64,000 nucleotides of DNA from Pelagomonas calceolata (lineage: Eukaryota), in the NCBI GenBank assembly GCA_918797485.1, contig CAKKNE010000005.1, positions 3,472,001-3,536,000 on the forward strand, written 5' to 3'. The notes under the pieces are model-generated. The model saw only the letters and a program-made list of their open reading frames with translations. It was not told the origin of the DNA and did not search any database. Position numbers and translations under genes: made by a program. Shown here piece after piece: positions 21,199-32,321 of the stretch (positions are counted from its first letter, which is position 1; every line of letters starts with the position of its first letter).

Positions 21199-21531
21199 TT
21201 TGGTGCAGCTCTTTTTGTGCTGCGCCAATCAGGGTATTTGTACTATTGCCGGCTCGTTTTGCGGCGCCTCGTCTCTGACGGATTCGTGTGGCTGCGCGAC
21301 GGCTGCGCGAAGCACGGCTGGGCCAGGGAGCGGCGAGTTACACACCAGCCGCTCCGCGGATTTGAGCCGAGTTTGAGCTGGGCTAGTGTCTTTCAGACGC
21401 TAGCTCGCCGCTCCTCCACGACGCATTTGCGTCTCGCGTCCAGTATCGAGGGTCGGCGTTGGCTATACTTCGCGCCAGTACTTCAAAGCGCCAACTCTGT
21501 AAGCAGAGTGCGCAAGGACTTGAAACCCTAG

Positions 21532-22020
21532 GTGCACGAGTTCCTCGACCGCAAGGGCAGCGACAAAAACGGGCACCACTTCGTCAAATATGACGACGGC
21601 GACGAGCAGTGGGAGAAGTTGTTCGGCCGCGGCGACGTGGTGGAGTGGTGCCTCGACCTGCACCCGGGCGACCGTGTCACCGCATACCTCGAGGAGGAGG
21701 GCGAGGACCAGGGCAAGTGGTACGGGGCCGATGTTATTAACGACAACAGCGACTGCACCTACGACCTCGCTTTCGACGACAACGGCAGCGACGAGAGCGT
21801 GGGCCAAGCGCGGCTCAAGCCTAGGGCCGCGCCGCAGTGGCGCTTCGGCGCTGAAGCGGAGGTCGAGGTCGAGTACGAGGGCGTGGACAACTGGCACGCG
21901 GCCTTCGTCGAGAGTGTCGTGAGGGTCCGCGGCGCCGACCGCTACAACGTCGTTATCGACGAGGGGGCACGGCACCAAGTTCCCCTCGTCCACGGCGACC
22001 GGCTCCGGCCGCGCTCGTAG
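21532..22020 (+). CDS. Tudor/Agenet-like repeat protein; no ATG found, so 5' end missing or pseudogene
   Basis: HFVKYDDGDEQW, WYGADV..YDLAFDD; likely intron 21499-21531. Confidence 0.5.
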   Translation: MHEFLDRKGSDKNGHHFVKYDDGDEQWEKLFGRGDVVEWCLDLHPGDRVTAYLEEEGEDQGKWYGADVINDNSDCTYDLAFDDNGSDESVGQARLKPRAAPQWRFGAEAEVEVEYEGVDNWHAAFVESVVRVRGADRYNVVIDEGARHQVPLVHGDRLRPRS

Positions 22021-22193
22021 GCGCGCGAGGTGTGCGAGTGAATTAGCTCGACTCCCGCAGCTCTTCGGCAGGGCTGCGCTAGGTTTCCTAACAATCTCAG
22101 TCTATCTATCTCTTGCGGGTGTCTATTGCGGTTGTTGGCCCCGAGTAAGGAAAGCCCCGGCGAAGCGCCGGACAGGATCCACAAATATAAAAA

Positions 22194-23342
22194 CTACCTT
22201 ACCACCGGCAGCAACTCGTGCGCCGCCAAGTCCCCGGGCGCCAAGTCCGGCAGCCAGTCGTCGTAGGACGGGTGGTCCTCGTCGTTGACGCACGCGAGAC
22301 CGTCTTCCTCGATCACCCGCGCACCACTTCCAAAGAAGGACACGGCGACGGCGAGCCGGTCGCGCGGCGACCGATTATCGGCGGCGCTGTGGAGCAACCA
22401 GCCATGATGCCACGAGACATCCCCTGCTTGATACGCGCCGTGGTCTTCCAGCTCGTACCTTCCATCAGCATCAAACCCTTGCCCGTACCACATGGGCAGC
22501 GCCAGGTCGCGGTGCGAGCCCGTCGCGTAGCAGAGCCCCGTGCTGTCCGCCTCCAAATCGTGCAGCGGGAACCAGCACGTCACGAAGTCGTTCGTGTCCA
22601 AGGGACTCGTGTGCAGGTCGCTGTGCCAGTTCGTCGCCTCGTCGCCGGCGCGCTTCTTGAAGAGGCACGACTGGTAGAGCTGCACCTCTTCGACGCCGAG
22701 CAGCGCCCGCGCCGTCGCCGCGAGCCGCGCGCACGTCGCCACTTTTAACGCCGGCCGGTGGCGCCGGTGGGGGTTGAAGGTCTGCAGGAACGGCGCGCGC
22801 TCGCCGCCCATGGCGTCGTTCATCGCGACGGCGTGGCGCTCCGCTGATTTAGACTCGACGCGGCTCACGGCCTCCATTGATTTGTACATCGCCTCGACTT
22901 CGTCGGACGAGAAGAGCCCGCGCGTGCAGATGTGGCCGTCCCGTTCAAACGCGAGCAGCTCCGCTGCGCCGAGCGCCGCGGCGCCCCCTCCGGAGAGGTC
23001 CGCGGCGAGCGCCGGCACCGCGCCGCCCGCGTCGGCGAGCGCCGCGGTGCTCGCGACGGTCAGGCCCGCGCCGGCGACGAGGGCGTCCAGGTCCAGACTG
23101 GCAGCGTCGTCGAGCGCTCCGAGGTCGCCGAGGGCCTCGAGGTCAAGCCCGATCGCCTCGTCGTCGAGCACGCGGAGGGTCACGCTGCGGCGCCGCGGCG
23201 GAGCTGGACTGACTCTGCGGCGCCGCGGCGGTTTCGCTGGGCTCTCACGCGTGCAGCCCGGGTGGAAACGCCTCGTATACGGTGCCAGCGCCGCCCCGCT
23301 CCCAGCGGTAGCAGTGAAGAGCAACAGCCTGCAGAGAGTCAT
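22194..23342 (-). CDS. phytanoyl-CoA dioxygenase (PhyH) family Fe/2OG oxygenase
   Basis: FERDG, WHSD (HxD), GDVSWHHGWLLHSA..N....R. Confidence 0.88.
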   Translation of the reverse strand: MTLCRLLLFTATAGSGAALAPYTRRFHPGCTRESPAKPPRRRRVSPAPPRRRSVTLRVLDDEAIGLDLEALGDLGALDDAASLDLDALVAGAGLTVASTAALADAGGAVPALAADLSGGGAAALGAAELLAFERDGHICTRGLFSSDEVEAMYKSMEAVSRVESKSAERHAVAMNDAMGGERAPFLQTFNPHRRHRPALKVATCARLAATARALLGVEEVQLYQSCLFKKRAGDEATNWHSDLHTSPLDTNDFVTCWFPLHDLEADSTGLCYATGSHRDLALPMWYGQGFDADGRYELEDHGAYQAGDVSWHHGWLLHSAADNRSPRDRLAVAVSFFGSGARVIEEDGLACVNDEDHPSYDDWLPDLAPGDLAAHELLPVVR

Positions 23343-23827
23343 GCTGCCTTGCCGCAGCCGCAGCGCTGCGATCGATCACGTTTCCAAAAAAAACGATCAA
23401 TGCGATCCTGAAGCACACCTTTGCACAAGTTTCACGCCGTCGCGCGCGCCGCAATAGCAGCGCCGCTGCAGCCCCTGCTGTGCCTCGAGCGGGCCCGGCG
23501 GCAAAACCGCGGGTAGCCGTCGGTTCTGCTCAAACAGGAGTCCGGCTTGAGCAATCGGATCGCGCTGGATGCGTGATTACCGTGCGGGTTCGCGGCCTCC
23601 ACAACACAAAAAGCATCTCTCTGTTTAAAGCTCAGGCGCCAGGGAGCCGCAAGGATCACGAAGCGCGCCAAGGCGTTCGCCACAAACGCACTCGACGCCG
23701 TCGGGCAGCCGCCGACGCACTCGACGCCGTCGGGGCAGCCACACAAACTCACAAGCACAAGGGCAGCCTCGGGGAGTAGACGGCCGCGGGTTGCGTGGTC
23801 AGAAAGAAAGCCTCCAAACAACAAGCA

Positions 23828-24961
23828 ATGCCCGCCTTCCTCCGCTCCACGCGCAAGGCCCTCGCGCGGGCCACGGGCCTCCACCACGTCGCGAGCCCCG
23901 AGCAGTCGCAGCGCAAGTCGACCTGGGTCAAGCCCGCGAGCCCCACCGGTGAGATTGAGGACGACGTGGAGGAGGTCGTCGTCCGCGCCCGGAAGGCGTC
24001 GCCGAAGAAAGACCGGCGCCAGCCGTCCGGCTTCTCCGGCGTGTCGCGATCGGTCGACGGCGCGAAGAAGGGCACCTGGACCATCGTGCCGGCGTCGCGG
24101 TTCCGGGTCCGGGGCAAGGGCTACACGCGGACGAACCACCACCTCACGGATCTAGATGCGGTGCTCGCGCTCAAGGGGCCATCAATCGATGCTATTTACG
24201 ACGTGACGCACGTGGACGTTGTCCAATGCCAGAAGAAACGCCGCGACCTCGTCAAAACGACCCTGAGGCCGCCGAAACCTGCTTATGTGTCGCCTTTGCA
24301 CGGCCTCGTGCCCTCTACATTGGTGATTAACGCCATCCTGCCCGCGCGGCCGCACGACAGCGACGGCCCCTGCCGCCAGGTCATCCTGACGTGCCGTTTA
24401 ACGGAGCGCTGCTGCGCCGAGCTCGCCAAGACCGCGCCGCAGAACGGCTCCGGCGAGCTCAACCTCAAAACCGCCGTCGAGCGCATCCGGGACCCCTCCC
24501 TGCGCCTCTGGGCCGCGTGGTGCCGCGACATTCGGACGCACCAAAAGGCTTCAGATAGAAATGAAATGCGGGGCCGGTTCAAGCTCTTCGCGCGGGCGGC
24601 GGACGCCGCGACGTCGCAGAAATGCGCCGCGATGCTGCCGGACGACGCCAAGTCCGTCGTATTCAACGGGGCGGCGCTGCTGGGTCGCGACGCCTGCGCC
24701 GTGACGTTCGTCTCGTCGAGGACCGCGGGCGGCGACGTCGCCGAGATTTCCATCGACGGCTTCCGCCTCGGCCCGCGCGTGCGGGCGGGGTTGCACGCGC
24801 TGAAAGGCGGCGTGGGGCTTGGCTCCGTGGATATTGGATTTGGCATCGAGGCGCGGGCGGAAGCTGAACTTCCCGAGCGCCTCCTCTGCTGCGCGCGACT
24901 CAATCGGGCCGTCGGGGCGCCGGAGCGCAGCGAGGGATGGTTCTCGGGGCTTCTTGGGTAA
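23828..24961 (+). CDS. EDR2 C-terminal (DUF1336)-like protein
   Basis: W...ASRFRVRGKGY, RFKL, FGIEARAEAELPERLL. Confidence 0.75.
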   Translation: MPAFLRSTRKALARATGLHHVASPEQSQRKSTWVKPASPTGEIEDDVEEVVVRARKASPKKDRRQPSGFSGVSRSVDGAKKGTWTIVPASRFRVRGKGYTRTNHHLTDLDAVLALKGPSIDAIYDVTHVDVVQCQKKRRDLVKTTLRPPKPAYVSPLHGLVPSTLVINAILPARPHDSDGPCRQVILTCRLTERCCAELAKTAPQNGSGELNLKTAVERIRDPSLRLWAAWCRDIRTHQKASDRNEMRGRFKLFARAADAATSQKCAAMLPDDAKSVVFNGAALLGRDACAVTFVSSRTAGGDVAEISIDGFRLGPRVRAGLHALKGGVGLGSVDIGFGIEARAEAELPERLLCCARLNRAVGAPERSEGWFSGLLG

Positions 24962-25652
24962 TACTTTGTGTGCATATACTGCATATGCACTTTGTGTGCA
25001 AATCCGCGTCAGCGACGGGTAGTAGGTGTGCATAATATTTATCTAGGACGTGGCCGCGGCGACGCCAAGTTCCTAGTATGTCGATACGCTAGATCACTAG
25101 GTCTTGCGGCCCGCCAAAATACACCAGCGCTTGACGCCGCCATCTACCGTCCAAATGGTACATCATATCAACTCCAGCCCAGTTTTCATCCACACTCGAC
25201 GGAACCGGAGCCGACGGCCCGCGCTCGGAGGGCGGGAAAAGAATTCTACTAGACAACTCCCGAGTTTATGTTCGTTTTTATCCGTTTGTTGGGGTTAGAT
25301 GCCATGCAGCCCGCCTGGACATCGGCCAGCGCGATCATGTACTCCATTAAAGCCTCGCGAAACGACGACTTCGCGACCCCGCGTTTACCTGTAGAAAGGC
25401 TCAGCTCCTAGACCTGCGGGTATCAGCGACGCCACTACCTAGATGGACCAAAACGCCGTTGTTCTATTCACAATCGACCGACTTGCCCGTTCTCCGCGGA
25501 CGACGGTGCGTAGACGGAGCCCGGGAAAGGCCCCAGACCGGTGGTTTATAAAAGAAATTTGCGTTTCAGGCGCTTTAGTTGTAGGACGGGCCAGCTAATT
25601 GGGCTGAGCGTGTACTACATTGCTCCGAGACCCCGATATGCTCCTCGCGCCT

Positions 25653-25809
25653 CAGGAGAAGGGGGCGCTTTTAGACTATTATGGCAAGTTACCTTTTGGC
25701 GGATAACGCCCCACTAGCCGGGGTCGCGGGGTCCCCGAGGGAGTGGGTGTTGATCCCGGCCTACTCGGAGAGGCCGTGGAAGAGTCCTGAGAAGGGTGCC
25801 CATCCTCTG
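25653..25809 (-). repeat. 3' LTR
   Basis: exact copy of 26677-26833; preceded on the minus strand by the PPT at 25810-25818. Confidence 0.92.
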
Positions 25810-26243
25810 CTCCCCCGCAGCGAAGAGAGCGCGTAGTGCCCTCGGCGCGTAGACGACGAGGCGCACGACAGCATGAGCTGAACCTTGAAACACTAGCAGG
25901 CACTGCTGGCCTGGACCATCCTGCATGGAACGTGTTCGCGGTTCGGAATTGCCGACGATTACGATCGAGTTGAGACGTCGCAGCAGATGCGGCGTCGATA
26001 GGATGCAAATGCAACATTCAGCAAGGTATAATATGGCCATTATGCGTTTGCTTCATGCCATTCGCACCAGATAGGCGTATATATACGGCGCGCGTATGTA
26101 TATGGATAGAAATATTGAGGAAGTGAAGGCCGCGACTGTAGAACACCGGGCAGCCACACAGCCGCGCGCGGCGCCCGCCGCCAGGCGGCGGGCGCCGCAC
26201 ACAACGGCGCAGCCGCGCGCGGCGGCGCGCGGCGGTACCTCCA

Positions 26244-26549
26244 TTAAGCAGCCCGCTCCGAGGGCCGCACGTCCCGCGCCGGGCCCTCCGGCGGGCGCCC
26301 AGTCATAACGTCGACGGAGCGCGCGAAGCGATCGCGGTCCTCGGCTGCAGTCATGGCATTGGCCGGGTTCTCGCCGGAGCGGACAAACCGAGCGTCGATC
26401 TCGTTTGCCTCGAGCGCGTCGAAGATAAAGCCCAAGTGCACACGGATGTGACGCGACCTCGCGGAGAGGTCGCGACGCCTCAGCTGTAGAAGTACAGAGT
26501 TGTTGTCGCAATGAACAATGGTCGGCGGTAGCGTGACACCGATACTTGC
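26244..26549 (-). pseudogene. Ty1/copia RNase H C-terminal remnant
   Basis: PTIVHCDNNSV..RSRHIRVHLGFI..EIDARFVRSGENPANAMT parallels copia DNxxA..RxKHI..YV.TxxQxAD..T. Confidence 0.85.
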
Positions 26550-26663
26550 GTGTGTGTTGTTGGGGGGCTTGTGTCTGCTTCTGGAGCGTGGTTTTCGTTG
26601 TAAACGGTTCCCCCTCGCGTCGCTATGGTGCTTGGTGATGCTCTGGTGCAGCAGCTAGCGCCG

Positions 26664-26676
26664 TGGGCCCATAACC
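26664..26676 (-). other. primer-binding site, half-tRNAiMet type
   Basis: GGTTATGGGCCCA immediately after the 5' LTR, complementary to the initiator tRNA-Met anticodon arm. Confidence 0.85.
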
Positions 26677-26833
26677 CAGGAGAAGGGGGCGCTTTTAGAC
26701 TATTATGGCAAGTTACCTTTTGGCGGATAACGCCCCACTAGCCGGGGTCGCGGGGTCCCCGAGGGAGTGGGTGTTGATCCCGGCCTACTCGGAGAGGCCG
26801 TGGAAGAGTCCTGAGAAGGGTGCCCATCCTCTG
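26677..26833 (-). repeat. 5' LTR
   Basis: exact copy of 25653-25809. Confidence 0.92.
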
Positions 26834-27792
26834 CGCCTCGTCGGCCTTGCGAGCCCAACATCTTCTACAAATGGCAAATAACTTGGACCTGGCACCATCA
26901 GCCCGTGTATCATCACCATGGATCATGACGCGATCATTTGTTTCATGATCGACTGACTTACGCGAGGTCCAGATAAAGATGTTCACGTCCCGAGCGTGGG
27001 CAGCCAAAAGTACCCTTCTTATAATGTAGATGCCATATACTCGTAGTTGACTATCGGTGGGGTAGTATGGGACCCAGAGAGACCGCTATTACGATTCCTG
27101 GGGGGCCTCGGGTAATTGACGTTTTTGACGGGAACGGGGCGCCATCGGGTCCAAATTGCACACTTTTTTCGGGGGCATATCGGCTCCCGAACGGCCTCCG
27201 GGGTAGGTCTGGTAGTGGGTAGTCGCTTGCGCCGCATACGCCGGCGCTTGGGCCCCCCGAGGGCTCTGGAAGTCATTGCCAAGTAATTCATGCTCAGATG
27301 GCTTGGAGTGTTGAGAGAATTGGCCGATAATCCCTCGAAGCGGCGGCGCATGCGGTGTAGGCGACTAACCATGTATAGTTACGACCCTAGGCACCCCCAG
27401 GGAGACCTATTTGGCAGGGATTGACAGGATTCAGCCGGTGCGGCCGCCACAGACCGTAGGGCGCCCTCGGCCGCGAATTTAAAAATTTCCATTTTCGGCC
27501 CCCAGTAAGTGTCCCATTGATCTCTTTGGACCATTAGCGAACCGAAGGATACTCAAACGGCTGCATGCGTGGTCCGAGTTTGCTTGCTAGTGTCTTTACA
27601 GGCCGCTAGCTTTGAGTTTGGCGCAGCCCCGCGGGCCTGTACAGCTGCACGCAGCAGCCAATATACTCAGAACAGCAGCAAAAAGGTCGTCGTTCACCGC
27701 TGCGCGAGCCGCGGTGCGGCGACTCTGCAAGAAACGGCAGCGTAACACCTGTTTTGAAAGTCCAGCTTCGCTACAGCACGCTGACAGCAGCG

Positions 27793-29708
27793 ATGCGGCG
27801 CGCGACTGCAGCAGTCCTGCTGCTAGCTACCGCCACCGCCGCCCCACGCAAGCGCAAGCTCTCGCTGCCGCGCCTCGGGTCGATAGCCACCAAGACCGGC
27901 GCGCCGTTCCTGACGAGCCAGCCTTTACTGAATCTGTTACTCGGTATAAGATTGCGCTACGCGAGCTGGGGCGCGCCCGTCGCGCACTGGTGGCCGCGCG
28001 GCGGGCCGTCGTCGAAGCGGGCCGAGGTCATCGACGCCCCGAAACCAGAAACCGACCTGAGGGACCCCGCAAAAACTATTTTAGTAGTCACGACGGCGTC
28101 GGTCCCGTGGCTCACGGGGACGGCCATCAATCCTTTACTTCGAGCGGCGCATTTAGCACAAGCGCGACCGGCGGGCCGGGTCTGTTTATATTTACCATGG
28201 CTGGAGCCAGACAAGCAAAAAGAAGTGTATGGGGACACGGCTCATTTTAAGACCCGAAGGGAGCAGGCGACGTATGTCTACGACTGGCTTTGTAACATCG
28301 CCAAGCTGCCCGAGGCCGCCACCAAATTGAGGATAGCGTTCTATGACGCGCACTACCACCGGCCCCAGGGCTCCATCTACCCCATGGGTAGGACCGTGGA
28401 AGCGCTACGACGACCTGATTTTACGCGCTACTCTCTTTCTGACAAAGACATAGGCGAGTGGCGGCCTGATGCGGTAGTACTGGAAGAACCGGAGCATTTG
28501 AACTGGTACTCGTTCGTCGAAGGTCACTCATCAAGTTGGCGTTCGTCCACGGATCATGTGGTTGGTGTTATACATACGCACTACGTGCGGTACGCCGCGA
28601 CCGAGCGCATGTGCCCCGGGCCGCTGGGGTACTTGGTACATCCCATCGTAGGCCCATACAAGGCCTGTGCTGCCCTACTCATGGCGCGGTGGATGACGAA
28701 CGGCCACTGTGCGTTTCTTCGGCGTCCATTGCCCTTCACACGTAGATCTACATCGACGCGTCGACGGCGTGGGGACCTGTCGCTCACACAGGCCACCGCA
28801 TCGTCAAGCTCTCCGGCACGCTGCCGCGCGTGGGCAACGACGACGCGGAAATCATCGCGAACGTCCACGGCGTGCGCGACGACTTCCTGGAGATCGGAAG
28901 TCGTAGGGCCGTGACGCATCCCTACTCATCTTCGAGTGACGCTCGTCTGAGTGATGCGCTCGCGGAGCCTTCAAAACCGCGAACGAAGGGCGCGTATTTC
29001 ATCGGCAAGCTGCTGTGGCAGAAAGGCCTCGGGGAGCTCGCTTCGTTGTTGGTGGCGTCACAGAAGGAGTTCGGCGGTGATCTGCCAGACGGTGCCATTC
29101 ACGTGGTGGGCGACGGGAAAGATAGAAGGGCCATTGAAAATAGATTCAGGCAACTCAAGGTGCCGTCGGTGTTTCATGGTCGCGTCGACCATGCGGACGA
29201 GTTGTGTCGGGATTTCCGCGTCCTAGTAAATCCGTCGAAGACTGAGGTCTTATGTACGACCGTGGCTGAGGCCCTCGCGATGGGCAAGTGGGTCTTGATA
29301 GCGCGGCACCCCTCGAACGAGTTCTTCTACGACTTTCCGACGTGTCTGTCCTTCGATTCCAAAAAAGAATTCGCGGAGCAGTTCGCCTACGCGGTGCGCC
29401 ACGAGCCGCCGCCCCTGTCTCCGAAGGAGCGGCGGCGGCTGTCCTGGGCCGCGGCCACGGAGCGCTTCTGCGACGCGTCGCTCATGCCTTCATCGATACG
29501 GTTGCGGTTCCACCAGCGGCTCGCTTGTTTTTTGCACGTCCACTTGGGGCGCGGATTTCGGGGAGACGTCATCCGCAGTATCGCGGGCGCGGGCCTGAGC
29601 GTGGGGCGGCAGTCGGCGTATGTCAGGGCGAAGGAGCGCGCGGCGGCCGGCGGCGACGACGTGCCTGTCGCCGCCGTCAAGGACGAGGAAGTGCCCGAAG
29701 CCGCCTAA
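27793..29708 (+). CDS. DGD1: digalactosyldiacylglycerol synthase (GT4); intron 28709-28791
   Basis: VVTTASVPWLTGTAINPLLRAA, LEEPEHLNW, HCHRIVKLS, GAYFIGKLLWQKG, VLCTTVAEALAMGK. Confidence 0.9.
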
Positions 29709-30031
29709 ATTTATCAAGTCTATCCGTAGCATCGGGCGCGTCCGTCCAGGCGCCGCTCGCTCCGCTAGTACGGCGCTACCCCCCCTCCAAGCTCTTACCC
29801 TAGCCCTTCTAGGCCCCTTGGAAGCGTGCCAGGAATCGCGCGCGGAGGCCGCCCGGCACCCGCACTATCGCACTCTCCGAGAAATCAGCAAACGTACACG
29901 TCGCGGGACTCGCGGCCGCTATTCAAGCTAGCTACAGTGATCGGCTGCCTCCACGCCGTCGCGCAGACCTGGTGACGAGCACTCGTCCGCGGTGCACGAA
30001 CGAAGCGGAGCAGGGCAGCCCACGGGCAGCC

Positions 30032-30937
30032 ATGGCAGCCGAGCGCGTGGAGCCGAGCAATGGGGCTGCTGACGCCCCGTCCAAGTACTACAAAATATGT
30101 GGAGTGCCGCTACCAACGCCAACATTCATAAGAGACGCCTACGGCTTCCAGTGGCTCCATTTTGGGGCAGATTTGTCCGAAGAGGTCACAATAACGGAGC
30201 AACTGAAAGCCGCGTATACACAAATAGGCACCATGGCGGCGGTGATGATTATTTTTTCGACGAACATGCTGCTGGCGCGGACGAAGTTGGATGTAAGGAG
30301 CGAGATCGAAGCGCGGCGGCAAATCATGAACTTTTATACCTTGGCGTGGGTCGTCGCCGATGTGTCCTTCATCAATTGTGCTATTGATTGTGTGGTCCTC
30401 AAACTGGCGATGAACGAGTGCCCGGACGAGGTGTGTGCGGTGCGGTTCGCGGATAGATTTGGAGACATGTCCATGACGCCGATTTTTATGTTATTGGTCG
30501 CGTGCATGAGCGTGATCGTGGGCATGGGTCTATATATTTATGTTACATTAGGCAAGGCCTACCGCATGGCCACGTTGGTCATTTTTGGTTTTGTCGCGAT
30601 CCCGTTCCACGCGGTCTGGTATCATAGGTTAGTGGACGCGTTGTACGTCTCCATCGAGACGAGGAGAAGGCGCACGAGCGCGTCCGAGCGGCGCGACCGC
30701 GAACTCAAACGAGCGCGGCGGAAGGCCAAGGTCAAGCTGGACCTCGCGCCAGATGCGATTCGTAAGGCGTGGACGGAGTATCTCAAGACCGACGGATCCG
30801 TCGAGCCCGAGGAGTTCCTGGATTACTTATCCACGCAGAACGACGCGCTGGAGCTGACCTGGGCGACGGACCGCGTCGCGCGGTCGCTTGTGGAGTTGTA
30901 TTGCCAGAAGCTGGCCCGGGAGATCCTCGAGTCTTGA
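30032..30937 (+). CDS. membrane protein with about 4 TM helices
   Basis: four hydrophobic segments and a charged C-terminus. Confidence 0.65.
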   Translation: MAAERVEPSNGAADAPSKYYKICGVPLPTPTFIRDAYGFQWLHFGADLSEEVTITEQLKAAYTQIGTMAAVMIIFSTNMLLARTKLDVRSEIEARRQIMNFYTLAWVVADVSFINCAIDCVVLKLAMNECPDEVCAVRFADRFGDMSMTPIFMLLVACMSVIVGMGLYIYVTLGKAYRMATLVIFGFVAIPFHAVWYHRLVDALYVSIETRRRRTSASERRDRELKRARRKAKVKLDLAPDAIRKAWTEYLKTDGSVEPEEFLDYLSTQNDALELTWATDRVARSLVELYCQKLAREILES

Positions 30938-31439
30938 AGTTTAACTTAAGTATTTGTCTATAGATCTGCTCGTGGCCGCGCGCCGTCGCCGCGGTTGCGG
31001 TTGCCTCCTCCGGCTCGCTGGCGTCGTCCACGTAGGAGTGATAGTGAACTCCTCTACGCGCGGCTGCCGCGGGCCGCGTCGGGATTTCCCAAGGAACCGG
31101 CGCCGAACCTCGGTATTCCTCCTATTCTGAGATTTGCATCTGGAGCTATTACGCGTCCGGACAGCTGCGAGGTCGAACCCCGAGCTAAACATCGCCAGAG
31201 ATGCGTACAGCCGCTGTTTTTGGGGCAAAACGGTGGGTACGCGAGCCCAATTAGCTCGATTGGTGCGCGCGGTTGCAGAAACGGGCCATAGGCTGAACGC
31301 AGTGCAATAACTTAGAGCGATACGCACCGCTGAGCGACTGGAATCCTTGCAGCACCGCTGTGTTGCTGGCATCGCTTGGATTTGGTAGCCAGTAGCTGCC
31401 GCCGGGGGCATCCACAACACCACTGCGCCGCGTGTTGCA

Positions 31440-32321
31440 ATGGACGTGCTCCTCGCCGCCGTCGCCGAGCAGGCGCCGGCGCCGACGGGCGACGCCGCGG
31501 CGAGTGCGAGCGCGGCCGGCCGCCTCAGGGCGCTCAGCGCGGTGGATGAAGCCGAGGCGCCTGAGTCCTCCCGACAACGGCGCGTCGTGACGCGCGACGC
31601 GTCGAGCGACGACTCCGCGGGCGAGCTCGCGTCGATGGAGTCGGTCGAGGGCGTCTCGATAGTGTCGCCGCCCGGGCGACTGTCTCCGTCGATCGACGGG
31701 CTCTCGCTGCTATCTTTATCAGCACCGCAAGCTGGTTCGACCTTCGGCGGCCGGAAACCCCGAGCGCGGAGCTTCGACATGCGCGGCGAGCCGGTCCAAT
31801 CCTCATCTAGAAGCTCGGCGAAGAGGCCGCGGAGCGCTTCTTGTGTCACGCCTCCCGAACCGGCCGTGGACGCGGGTCGATCCAAGGTTGTGGACGGCGT
31901 CCCGAAGCCTCTGGATCTGGACGCACCGGCCCACCCTCTGCTGTACGAGGACCTCATCAACTTCCCGCGCACGCGCGGCAAGGCCCACGCCCGACGGTGC
32001 GTCATGTGCGGCCGACTAGCTTCAGGAACGGACGCGGCCTGCTCGATACCCCTCCAAAATAAGGATGTGTGCAAGCGCTGCGACACGGGCATCTGGTTCC
32101 ACGTCAAGACGCAGCAGCACTTCAAGTGGTGCAAGGGCTGCAAGAAGTTTCTCCACGCGCACTTCTTTCGCGAAAAACTTCTGAAGTGCGCCACGAAATA
32201 CGCGAAGCAGCCGTCGAAGTGCGACAAGTGCCGGGAGCGGGGGCGCCAGTCGTACATGTCGAAGCGGCTCGAGCGCGACGCCGCGAAACGGGCGGAGGCG
32301 GAAGGGGGAAAGGCGCCGTGA
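31440..32321 (+). CDS. low-complexity protein with C-terminal Cys-rich, SBP-like zinc domain
   Basis: CVMC..DVCKRCD..KWCKGCKKF..F..KCDKCRER. Confidence 0.65.
   Translation: MDVLLAAVAEQAPAPTGDAAASASAAGRLRALSAVDEAEAPESSRQRRVVTRDASSDDSAGELASMESVEGVSIVSPPGRLSPSIDGLSLLSLSAPQAGSTFGGRKPRARSFDMRGEPVQSSSRSSAKRPRSASCVTPPEPAVDAGRSKVVDGVPKPLDLDAPAHPLLYEDLINFPRTRGKAHARRCVMCGRLASGTDAACSIPLQNKDVCKRCDTGIWFHVKTQQHFKWCKGCKKFLHAHFFREKLLKCATKYAKQPSKCDKCRERGRQSYMSKRLERDAAKRAEAEGGKAP

Larger units (their letters stand above)
25653..26833 (-). mobile_element. internally deleted, non-autonomous Ty1/copia LTR retrotransposon
   Basis: identical 157-bp LTRs; TSD CGCCT (25648-52, 26834-38); PBS GGTTATGGGCCCA; PPT GCGGGGGAG; RNase H remnant. 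Confidence 0.92.

Noticed and set aside
26640..26682. tRNA-Met-like sequence GGGCCCATAACCCAG
   Set aside because: No T-arm or acceptor stem; it is the complement of the retroelement PBS.
25679..27372. Listed ORFs 25679-26017, 26738-27007 and 27019-27372 as genes
   Set aside because: They run through LTR or decayed sequence and show no recognisable domain.
27417..27428. GGATTGACAG resembling 18S rRNA
   Set aside because: About 10-nt match with no flanking rRNA similarity.
30032..30937. Orai-channel call for the 4-TM protein
   Set aside because: Only a weak QLKA.. resemblance; the selectivity-filter Glu motif (AMVE) is absent.
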